A stretch of DNA of 26,402 nucleotides, taken from a virus. A program made the translations under genes and the position numbers. Shown here in pieces: positions 15,397-22,730 of the stretch (positions are counted from its first letter, which is position 1; every line of letters begins with the position of its first letter). The stretch spans positions 1-26,402 of the IMG/VR virus record IMGVR_UViG_3300012668_000143; one strand, 5' to 3'. The notes under the pieces are model-generated. The model was not told the origin of the DNA and searched no databases. It was given only the letters and a program-made list of their open reading frames with translations.

Positions 15397-17256
15397 TTGG
15401 CCGGTATCCTGATTCCGCGCCGCGCGATTTGGACGCGCCAGCCGCCGTTCTTTCTCCAGGCGCCATACGCAAGAGAACTAGGTTTTACCCACGTCTGGAA
15501 TTTCGGCTCGGGTGAACTGCTTGCGCGGAATGCACGCGACGGAAAATATCTTCTTACCCCGACCGGAGCTATAGGTCTCAATCCTGGAGGCGGTGGGATC
15601 GGGGCGAAATTTCCTGGATCGATAGGGAATCGATTCGAGATAGTTGGCAATCCATTTGCTACATCGACTGGCACATGGTTGTGGGTCGAGAGCGGCACGC
15701 AGACATCAGCCGGCGGCGGCGTGCTGGTGCAAAGTCGATGGGCCACGACCGGAACCAGCGCGCAAGGCGGTTTGCAAATCCGCTTCGGCGGGACAGACAT
15801 TACTATTCTCAAGGCCGAAGTTGCTGGCATCCTTACCGCGACCGACGCGAGAAGCGATTCCGGCGTAGTCAGTTGTGGTGCATTTTCAGTTGCCGGCAAC
15901 AACGGCAGGCATGTGATTTTCGCAAACGGCAGGCAGGCGGCAGAGGTAACACCGACAGTCACTTATGTCCACGGCACGTCGGCTATAGGCTCCGAGAACA
16001 GCGGCGCAACCGGCCACATATCGCTGTCCAGCACTGTCTATTTGCTGGTGTTTGCGCCGGTAGTCATTCCAGACCCGATCATTGCGCAGCTCACGTCGAA
16101 TCCGTGGATGCTGTTTCAGGCTCCGACAAGACGGATTTGGATACCAGGAAGCGCCGTCGGAGTTACGCTTTCCGCATCTGCTGGCTCTTATTCGGTATCA
16201 GGCCAGAGCGCGGCGCTGAAAAGCGCCAGGCAGATCGCATCGACGGCAGGAGACTATAACGCAATAGGGCAAGTTGCAACGCTGGAATATGGGCGAGCAT
16301 TGCCAGCGGCCTTCGGTGCTTATAGTGTCGATGGACAGACAGCAGCGGTCGTTGCGGCGCGTAATATTGGAGCGGCGGCAGGAAGCTACGGCGTAGCAGG
16401 GCAGGACGCTGGACTGACAACATGGCGGGTGGTGTCCGCAAGCGCGGGCGCATACAGCCTCTCAGGAGCTAATGCGGCTCTTGTGTCAGTGCGGCACTTG
16501 CCGGCCAGTAGTGGCACGTATGCGAGCGCCGGACAAAGCGCGGCGCTGCTTACTGGATTGCGACTTGGCGCAAACGCCGCGAGTTATGACCTGACGGGCG
16601 AGAGCGCTACGTTCTGGATCGCGCGCGCGTCAGGTCTGGAAGCTGGAAGCTACGCGATTGCCGGTCAAGGCGCGATGCTGGTGTACGGCACCGCAGCCCA
16701 AGTGCTTGCCGCAGCACCAGGGGTGTTCAGTGTAAGCGGGCAAATCGCTTCGCTGGCGAAAACGTCGAAACTGTCGCTGGCCGCTGGCACGCATGCAGTC
16801 GCCGGGTCGCCAGCCGCGCTGCGGATAAGCCGGATTATTGCAGCAGCAGCAGGCAGTTATGGAATCATCGGCAGTGCAGCATCGCTGAGTATCCGCGCGG
16901 CACAGGCCGTGCTCGTTGCGAGTCCCGGATCATTCAGTCTTACCGGGCAGAGCGCCGCAATCAAGGTTACAAGACGGCTTGCGAGTGGCAGCGGATTGTA
17001 CGCCGTCGCAGGTCAGCAGAGCGTTCTCAGACGCACGGCCTTGGTCAACGCGAATGCCGGAGACTATTCATCAACCGGCCAGCAGGTAACGTTTGCGTAC
17101 TACCGCAGGATAGCAGCGTCGTCAGGCAGTTTACTGGTAACAGGGGCGGCGGCTGATCTTGTCAGAACCGTCGTGGTATCCGCTTTCGTGCACGGCAATC
17201 GCCGGGTCTTCGAAATGAGCGGGCGAAAGCGCGTCGTGTTGGTCAAGCGTGAGTAG
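15397..17256 (+). CDS. Putative fibre: N-terminal LamG/ConA-like domain plus 15 approximately 22-aa Ala/Gly/Ser repeats
   Basis: AGGAG SD then TTG; N-domain ending HVIFANG...IG...I.QL..NPW.LF; repeat consensus L.A.AGSY.V.GQ.A.L...R. Confidence 0.75.
   Translation: MAGILIPRRAIWTRQPPFFLQAPYARELGFTHVWNFGSGELLARNARDGKYLLTPTGAIGLNPGGGGIGAKFPGSIGNRFEIVGNPFATSTGTWLWVESGTQTSAGGGVLVQSRWATTGTSAQGGLQIRFGGTDITILKAEVAGILTATDARSDSGVVSCGAFSVAGNNGRHVIFANGRQAAEVTPTVTYVHGTSAIGSENSGATGHISLSSTVYLLVFAPVVIPDPIIAQLTSNPWMLFQAPTRRIWIPGSAVGVTLSASAGSYSVSGQSAALKSARQIASTAGDYNAIGQVATLEYGRALPAAFGAYSVDGQTAAVVAARNIGAAAGSYGVAGQDAGLTTWRVVSASAGAYSLSGANAALVSVRHLPASSGTYASAGQSAALLTGLRLGANAASYDLTGESATFWIARASGLEAGSYAIAGQGAMLVYGTAAQVLAAAPGVFSVSGQIASLAKTSKLSLAAGTHAVAGSPAALRISRIIAAAAGSYGIIGSAASLSIRAAQAVLVASPGSFSLTGQSAAIKVTRRLASGSGLYAVAGQQSVLRRTALVNANAGDYSSTGQQVTFAYYRRIAASSGSLLVTGAAADLVRTVVVSAFVHGNRRVFEMSGRKRVVLVKRE
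16168..17175 (+). repeat. 15 degenerate tandem 22-aa (66-bp) coding repeats
   Basis: 13 units of 22 aa and 2 units of 25 aa, from LSASAGSYSVSGQSAALKSARQ to IAASSGSLLVTGAAADLVRTVV. Confidence 0.85.
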
Positions 17257-17273
17257 ATGTGGAATCTGTGCGT

Positions 17274-17768
17274 TTATATGGTGCCGAATTCGTGAACTAG
17301 GCGTTTCGCGGCGAGATAAGCGTCGTGAGCTTGTTCTGGGGACGAGAAGTAGCCGAGATAGATGGGCGTCTTGTTAACCACGATACGCGCCATCCAGCCG
17401 TTGCTCTTCTGGAACGCGCCGAGCAAACCGCTGCCTTGGTTATTGCTGCGCGCCTTACGTTGATTTTGAAGGTTTTGCGACTTAGTTGCGCAGCGCAGAT
17501 TCGACCATTTGTTATTTATTCGGTCGCCATCGCGGTGATCTATCTCTGCGGCAGGCCAGCCGTAAGTCATGTAGAGATAAGCAAGGCGGTGGGCGTAGTA
17601 CCTATAGCCATCTATGCCTATTTGGATGTAACCGGCAGAATGACGAGAGGTAGCAATGGCCCCTGCCTTGGCAGACCAATGATCTATGCGGCGAGTAAAC
17701 AAACCGGTTTCTGGATTGTAGTAAAAAAGTTCGCGGAGACGTTCCGCTGTAAGATTGGCAGCAGCCAT
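17274..17768 (-). CDS. HNH endonuclease with C-terminal AP2-like DNA-binding domain
   Basis: Y.PETG.F, GYI.I, AHRLAY, IDHRDGDRINNKWSNLR, W.ARI......YLGYF...E.AH.AY..AK. Confidence 0.92.
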   Translation of the reverse strand: MAAANLTAERLRELFYYNPETGLFTRRIDHWSAKAGAIATSRHSAGYIQIGIDGYRYYAHRLAYLYMTYGWPAAEIDHRDGDRINNKWSNLRCATKSQNLQNQRKARSNNQGSGLLGAFQKSNGWMARIVVNKTPIYLGYFSSPEQAHDAYLAAKRLVHEFGTI

Positions 17769-17849
17769 GAAGCGTTCCTTCTCAGAAAAGGTGCGGTTGT
17801 GGTTAGAAGCCGGCTTGCGTTCGCAGCGCTTGTCGGCTTCGCTATTTTA
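17769..17849 (-). promoter_or_regulatory. HNH leader element 2: -10, hairpin, TAACCA
   Basis: Minus strand: TAAAAT-agc-GAAGCCGACAAGCG-CTGCGAA-CGCAAGCCGGCTTC-TAACCA...AAGGA...ATGGCT. Confidence 0.6.
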
Positions 17850-17866
17850 AAGCATAGACGACCAAA

Positions 17867-18214
17867 ATGCTTCAAAAACGAACCTCAGAAACATGGCCCT
17901 ATGACTTTGATTGTTCGCTCCTTCTTGGCAAGGATGAGGTCATCACGGCAGTCTCATCGGTAACTGCCGAGCCGACCTTGTCAACGGCCCTTACGTTCGG
18001 CGTGCCCGTGGTAAACGTGGTGCCGGTGCAGTATCCGAATCGGACGGCAGCAGTCGGTAAGGTGATCCAGGTAGTAATAGGCGGTGGTGTAATCGCCGCC
18101 GGCTTATCCCATCAACGCTGCACGATCAGGCTGAAGTTTACAAAGTCGCAGTCTGCCGGAATCGGTGAAGCGACCGCTTATCTTGATCTTGTAGACACGC
18201 CAACGCCGCCATGA
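17867..18214 (+). CDS. Putative fibre adaptor / neck-associated Ig-like protein
   Basis: KR.SE...YDFD, L...E.IT.V and V.V.I.GG pattern of small beta proteins that follow fibre genes; ATGA-coupled to the connector. Confidence 0.65.
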   Translation: MLQKRTSETWPYDFDCSLLLGKDEVITAVSSVTAEPTLSTALTFGVPVVNVVPVQYPNRTAAVGKVIQVVIGGGVIAAGLSHQRCTIRLKFTKSQSAGIGEATAYLDLVDTPTPP

Positions 18215-19017
18215 CTATTCAACTCGTTTCAGCTCCCATCGTAGAACCTGTAAGCCTTGCAGAAACAAAAGTCGCGCTGCGGGTAACTGGCGATGAAGAA
18301 GATGAGTTCATTGCTACACGTATCGTGGCGGCACGCGAGAAGGCTGAACATGAGACCGGACGCGCGTTCATCGCGCAGACGTACCGACTGGTGCTCAATG
18401 CGTTTCCGGCTGATCTGTGGTTTGCCAAGGCGCCAGTGCGAGCGCTATCGTCGGTCAAGTATCTGGACAGCGAAGGAGTATTACAGACGGTCGCACCGAC
18501 CGATTATGTTACTCATCTATGGAGCGATCCGCCGCGTATCGCAGTGGCTAGGGGGGTGACGTGGCCGACGACTTCGACGCAGACTGGAGCGGTCGCAATT
18601 GATTTTCGCGCGGGCTACGCAGTGCCAATCACAAGCGACGCTGGCGCAGATACGATTACGGTGCCGGAGTGGGAGGCGCTTGGCGTCGGCTATCCGGTGC
18701 GGCTGTCGAATGTGGGCGGCGTGCTGCCGTCGCCGCTGAAGCCGAAAACAGATTACTACGTGCAGTCAGTGGTCAGTCCCGGAGTCTACACGCTTGCGGC
18801 TACGCTGGGCGGGACGATGCTCGACATAACCGATGGCGGCACTGGTACGTCTCTGCTCGGAGAAGTGCCGTGGTCAATCCGCGCGTGGATCATGGCGGCG
18901 GTCGGTACGTTCTACGCCAATCGTGAGAATGTTGTTGTGGAGCGCAGCGCAGTGGTGGCACCGATGCCGTTTGTCGATGGATTGCTTGATCGGTATCGGA
19001 CTTATTCTGTGTCCTAA
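18211..19017 (+). CDS. Head-tail connector (HK97 gp6 / phiE125 gp8-like) with an about 80-aa inserted domain
   Basis: P.VEPVSLAE.K..LRV..DEED..I...I.AAR..AE..TGRAF..QT, F.AGY, VP..I..WI...VG..Y.NRE and LLD.YR motifs. Confidence 0.9.
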   Translation: MTIQLVSAPIVEPVSLAETKVALRVTGDEEDEFIATRIVAAREKAEHETGRAFIAQTYRLVLNAFPADLWFAKAPVRALSSVKYLDSEGVLQTVAPTDYVTHLWSDPPRIAVARGVTWPTTSTQTGAVAIDFRAGYAVPITSDAGADTITVPEWEALGVGYPVRLSNVGGVLPSPLKPKTDYYVQSVVSPGVYTLAATLGGTMLDITDGGTGTSLLGEVPWSIRAWIMAAVGTFYANRENVVVERSAVVAPMPFVDGLLDRYRTYSVS

Positions 19018-19020
19018 GCT

Positions 19021-19359
19021 ATGAACCTGTGCGTACATCAGGAAGAACACTATTGGGCGTGGCTCAAGACGGTGGCGCGTCCGAATAATGAGTCGGGCCG
19101 TCTGGTGGATTGGCTTATCGTTGACTCTGGATTGCGGCTTGTTTCAAATGCAAGCGACATGGAACAGATAATAGATGACGTTCTTTTACTTTATGCGGAT
19201 CAGGTTGAAGAGTATCGATCAGGCAATAAAAAGTTGTTCGGATGGTTTCTCGGAAAGGCGATGAAAGCAACGCATGGCAAGGCCGACCCGCAGAAGATGG
19301 CCGGTACGTTGAAGATTAAGTTAGATATCGTTGCTGAATCATGCGCGCCGGAGACCTGA
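19021..19359 (+). CDS. Stand-alone GatB/YqeY C-terminal domain protein (moron)
   Basis: GL..VS....ME.IID.VL.....QVEEYRSG.KKLFGWFLGKAMKAT.GKADP closely follows the GatB C-terminal consensus. Confidence 0.8.
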   Translation: MNLCVHQEEHYWAWLKTVARPNNESGRLVDWLIVDSGLRLVSNASDMEQIIDDVLLLYADQVEEYRSGNKKLFGWFLGKAMKATHGKADPQKMAGTLKIKLDIVAESCAPET

Positions 19360-19670
19360 ACGAGCTGATCGACCTGCAAAAGAAGAGCATCACGCGCGAT
19401 GCGTTGAATGCTGAAGTTGTGACGTGGATCACGATTTATCCGAGCGAGCCTGCGAAGGTGGAATTCATTACGGCGCGTGAAATACATGCCGCAAGCCAGA
19501 TACATGCAGTGACGACATTGCGCGTAACGATTCACATTAAACGAGATGTCACCGCTGAGTGGAGAGCGTTGTGGAACGGCGACGTGCTATCTATTACAGG
19601 GCCGCCGATGCCAAGCCTAAAGCGAGATTATTTGACGCTGCTTTGCGGTTCTGGACTGAATAATGGCTGA
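19341..19670 (+). CDS. Head closure protein (SPP1 gp16-like)
   Basis: MRAGDL...I.LQ.....RD..., W, A.V......RE..AA and LTL.C motifs; syntenic position. Confidence 0.9.
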   Translation: MRAGDLNELIDLQKKSITRDALNAEVVTWITIYPSEPAKVEFITAREIHAASQIHAVTTLRVTIHIKRDVTAEWRALWNGDVLSITGPPMPSLKRDYLTLLCGSGLNNG

Positions 19671-19905
19671 TGCGCGCAGGCTATGTATATTGAGAGTCGC
19701 GCCACAAATGCTAATTAAGGTATTGTCAATGGAAGATGTTGAGATAATTGGTGCATCAGTGGCAACTGACGGAAGTGTGGAATTTATGCTTACCGGACAA
19801 GAATTGCCAGAAGTGCACGATAACGCTCAAATCCCATCAATGACGGCTATGTTCGACGTTGGACAGCCATTTACAGAAGCATTAAAAAATCGTCCAGATG
19901 GCTGA
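19663..19905 (+). CDS. Hypothetical 80-aa inserted protein
   Basis: 8-nt overlaps on both sides; flanked by an ATGGCTGATG direct repeat. Confidence 0.6.
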   Translation: MADARRLCILRVAPQMLIKVLSMEDVEIIGASVATDGSVEFMLTGQELPEVHDNAQIPSMTAMFDVGQPFTEALKNRPDG

Positions 19906-20512
19906 TGGCGTAACAATCCAGGTAAACGGCCTTGCCGAAGTCGAGCGGCTGCTGAATACAGTAGCGGCTGATTTGCGTGGGGGCGTTATCAGGAAGGCGC
20001 TGATTGAGGGCGGCAAGATCATGGTGGCGGATGCCAAGCGGCGCGCACCGGTGCTGAAGAAGGCGAGTAGAACGCGGCGGCCCGGCGTGATGCGCGCTGC
20101 AATAAAGGTACGGTCGAGCAAGTTCGATAAGGGTCAGGCTGGCGTAGTTGGTGTTTATATAAGGGTGTCGGCAACAAAGGCGCAGCGCAGAAGGGCACCG
20201 GTCTCGGGCGATCCATATTTCTATCAATGGGTTGAGGGCGGCCACCTCATCGTGCCCAGGGGCATGGGTACGCGCGGCATGAGCCGGGGTGAAATTCGGC
20301 GGCTCACAAAGCTCGGATTACGCCAGACCATAACGGCTCGACGTGCGACAGCGGCAGCACGGCGTAAATCGGTTGCCACGGGATTTGTCCGACCTTACAA
20401 ATTTCTGGAGCCTGCGTTCAATGCCACAAAGCAAGCGGTAGTTGATAAGTTTAAAGATGCGATAGCTCGGCGCGTAGCACAAGCGAATGCGGTGGTAAGT
20501 GGAAATGGTTAG
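19898..20512 (+). CDS. HK97-gp10 family tail morphogenesis protein
   Basis: V.GL.E....L, RKAL..G, AK.RAPV, FY..WVE.G and PYKFL.PAF motifs. Confidence 0.9.
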   Translation: MADGVTIQVNGLAEVERLLNTVAADLRGGVIRKALIEGGKIMVADAKRRAPVLKKASRTRRPGVMRAAIKVRSSKFDKGQAGVVGVYIRVSATKAQRRRAPVSGDPYFYQWVEGGHLIVPRGMGTRGMSRGEIRRLTKLGLRQTITARRATAAARRKSVATGFVRPYKFLEPAFNATKQAVVDKFKDAIARRVAQANAVVSGNG

Positions 20513-20636
20513 CTGGCCTATCGTCGGAATCTACGTGTACGCGGCGTTCTCGCTGGGCGGTGCAGTGGGAGTGTTGGCGACGTTGAAACTCACGCGGCGC
20601 AGGCGTGAGAACACGGCGAATGGCACAGCCGGCTAG
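20505..20636 (+). CDS. Small single-pass membrane protein (43 aa, below the ORF-track cut-off)
   Basis: MVSWPIVGIYVYAAFSLGGAVGVLATLKLTRRRR...: hydrophobic helix then basic patch; 8-nt overlap with the gp10-like gene. Confidence 0.5.
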   Translation: MVSWPIVGIYVYAAFSLGGAVGVLATLKLTRRRRENTANGTAG

Positions 20637-20651
20637 GAAAGTGGCGCGTGA

Positions 20652-21146
20652 TTACAGCGTGCCGAACGGGTGGATGCGGCGCTTGGCGGCAACGTAGGCG
20701 GCGTGGGCGAGTTCTGGGGTGGAGAAGTTGCCAAGGCGCGTATGTTTACCGTCAAGCACGATGATCGCTCTCCAGCGATTGCCACGCTTCGATACGCCGA
20801 GAAATCCGCATTGATTATCGCGCGTCGGTTCACGCAGGTTTTGCCTATTTTGCCTGTGAATCGCTTCTCGCAGATTATCGAAGCGATTGTTAGATGGGTT
20901 GCCATCAATATGGTCTATTTCATCAATCGGCCATTTGCCGGTCATATAGAACCAGGCAAGACGGTGTGCCCGGTACTTTCGTCCGTGTATTCTGATGCGG
21001 ATGTAGCCATAAGAATCAAGCCCACCGGCAACAGTGCCAGCCTTGGCGAGCCGTGCTCGATTCACACGCCAAACGAACAAGCCAGTATCAGGAAAATACT
21101 CAAGCAGTTCCAACAGACGCGCGAGCGTCAATATGGCCGCAGCCAC
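20652..21146 (-). CDS. HNH-AP2 endonuclease (paralogue of 17274..17768)
   Basis: AHRLAW.YMTG.WP..EIDHIDGNPSNNRFDNLR plus AP2-like C-terminus. GTG 21146 gives MAAAILT (compare MAAANLT); TTG 21152 is the alternative. Confidence 0.92.
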   Translation of the reverse strand: MAAAILTLARLLELLEYFPDTGLFVWRVNRARLAKAGTVAGGLDSYGYIRIRIHGRKYRAHRLAWFYMTGKWPIDEIDHIDGNPSNNRFDNLREAIHRQNRQNLREPTRDNQCGFLGVSKRGNRWRAIIVLDGKHTRLGNFSTPELAHAAYVAAKRRIHPFGTL

Positions 21147-21148
21147 GA

Positions 21149-21382
21149 TCAAGCCGCGTCTATGTTAAATGGTCTATCCGTGACGCGGAGATTGGCAAAT
21201 CGGTTGTCGGCGCGATTGCCATTGATATGCTCGACCTCGCCCGTGGGCCATTGCCCGGTCACATACAGAATGGCAAGATCGTGCGCGAGATAATTTCGTC
21301 CGTCAATCTCGATTTCGATGAAACCGTCTGGACGCTGTGTGCCGGCTGGTGTGCCGATTCGTGAGAAAATGCGTGAAGCCAT
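21149..21382 (-). CDS. Truncated mini-HNH (77 aa, no AP2 domain; possibly a pseudogene)
   Basis: GFI.I.IDGRNYLAHDLA..Y.TG.WP..EVEHINGNRADNRFANLR then an early stop; DH is replaced by EH. Confidence 0.7.
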   Translation of the reverse strand: MASRIFSRIGTPAGTQRPDGFIEIEIDGRNYLAHDLAILYVTGQWPTGEVEHINGNRADNRFANLRVTDRPFNIDAA

Positions 21383-21456
21383 GATCGAAGTGCCTTTCGT
21401 GATTGGTCAGAGGCCAACAGTCGCTAGTAACGACTGTTGGCCTTGCCATTATAGCA
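21383..21456 (-). promoter_or_regulatory. HNH leader element 3: extended -10, perfect 13-bp hairpin, CTGACCA
   Basis: Minus strand: TGcTATAAT-ggca-AGGCCAACAGTCG-TTACTAG-CGACTGTTGGCCT-CTGACCA...AAAGG...ATGGCT. Confidence 0.65.
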
Positions 21457-21466
21457 TGGCTATCTC

Positions 21467-22417
21467 ATGAAGCGTGTAGCTTTAGCCTTACAAGGCGGAG
21501 GCTCGCATGGCTCGTGGACTTGGGGCGTGCTCGATCGCCTACTTAAAGAAGAAAGTCTGTCGATAGAGGCCATCAGCGGAACGTCGAGCGGGGCACTTAA
21601 CGCCGCAGCCTTGGCGAGTGGAATGATGACCGGGGGCGCTGAAGGCGCTCGCTATGCGCTCCGGGCCTTGTGGGAGAGCGTCAACGAGGCTGGTCATCCG
21701 TGGTCATCATGGATGGAAAAGATGGCCGCAGTAGTATCGCCTTACGCATATCCATTGTATTTCAACGCTCTCACAGACGTGCTCTCCGGCGTAATCGACT
21801 TCGATGCATTGCGCAACTGCGAGAAGCCTAAGATTTTCATCTGCGCGACCGACGTTAAGACTAATAAGAGGAAAGTTTTTGGCCCCAAGGAAATCACGAT
21901 AGACGTGCTGCTGGCGTCGGCCTGTCTGCCGCAGATATTCAGGGCGGTAGAGATTGACGGCGGCGCGTACTGGGACGGTGGGTATATGGGCAACCCGGTC
22001 TTGTCGCCGCTGCTGCCGCACTGTACAGACGTGGTAATCGTCCAAGTTAATCCAATGCAGCGCCCGGACATTCCACGCACTGCACGGGAGATCGCAGACA
22101 GAGTGAACGAGATCACGTTCAATTCGGCACTCGTTCACGAGATCGCGCTTATAGACACAATCACGCGCCTGCTCGAATACGGCGAGCTGGTTAGCGCACG
22201 GTTTCACAAGGTAAATTTCCACCGCATCGCAGCGGAGCCGCCTATTACTGGCTCCAAGAGCGACACGTCGCGAAACTACCTGAAGTCGCTGCACGCATCA
22301 GGCTGGAAGTCTGCCGACGAGTGGCTGCGCGATCCAAATAGATTCGGCAAAGTAGGTGTCGAGTCATCTATCAATGTGAATTACGAAATGCTGAAACCAC
22401 TGTGGGCGGAAGGATGA
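21467..22417 (+). CDS. Patatin-like phospholipase family protein (moron)
   Basis: LALQGGGSHG oxyanion loop, GTSSG nucleophile elbow, ASACLP, YWDGG catalytic Asp. Confidence 0.93.
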   Translation: MKRVALALQGGGSHGSWTWGVLDRLLKEESLSIEAISGTSSGALNAAALASGMMTGGAEGARYALRALWESVNEAGHPWSSWMEKMAAVVSPYAYPLYFNALTDVLSGVIDFDALRNCEKPKIFICATDVKTNKRKVFGPKEITIDVLLASACLPQIFRAVEIDGGAYWDGGYMGNPVLSPLLPHCTDVVIVQVNPMQRPDIPRTAREIADRVNEITFNSALVHEIALIDTITRLLEYGELVSARFHKVNFHRIAAEPPITGSKSDTSRNYLKSLHASGWKSADEWLRDPNRFGKVGVESSINVNYEMLKPLWAEG

Positions 22418-22593
22418 TAGACGATAGTAATGGACATTGGCCAGGCGAAGAACCGCCGCGCCAGTTCCGCGTCGGGCGGCGTGTGCCACGCAACATTTAT
22501 TGGGGCGAGGAGCCGATGTGCATGATGGCTACTGAGAAACTGGCGCGGCAGCTGGTCGAGTTGTTGAACAAGGGACAGGCGGCGCCAAAGTGA
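22414..22593 (+). CDS. Small hypothetical protein
   Basis: ATGA overlap with patatin and GTGA overlap with the next ORF; RVGR.VPRNIY motif. Confidence 0.55.
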   Translation: MIDDSNGHWPGEEPPRQFRVGRRVPRNIYWGEEPMCMMATEKLARQLVELLNKGQAAPK

Positions 22594-22730
22594 CGACCGA
22601 CGACGGCACCGATCTTCGCGACAAGTGGGCGGTGCTCCACGAAAAAGACAAGGGCCGGCGCATGGTTAGTGTGTGCAGCGTACTGTCGGTAGTGATAGCC
22701 ATAACACTCATCTTCTATTTGTCATGGTAA
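22590..22730 (+). CDS. Small membrane protein with C-terminal TM helix (46 aa)
   Basis: MTTDDGTDLRDKWAVLHEKDKGRRMVSVCSVLSVVIAITLIFYLSW; overlaps both neighbours. Confidence 0.5.
   Translation: MTTDDGTDLRDKWAVLHEKDKGRRMVSVCSVLSVVIAITLIFYLSW

Noticed and set aside
17325-17963. Plus-strand ORFs 17325-17963 and 20670-21293 that resemble each other
   Set aside because: The similarity is the mirror of the two paralogous minus-strand HNH-AP2 genes.
21467-22417. Complete CBASS operon
   Set aside because: No CD-NTase or Cap2/Cap3-like gene nearby.
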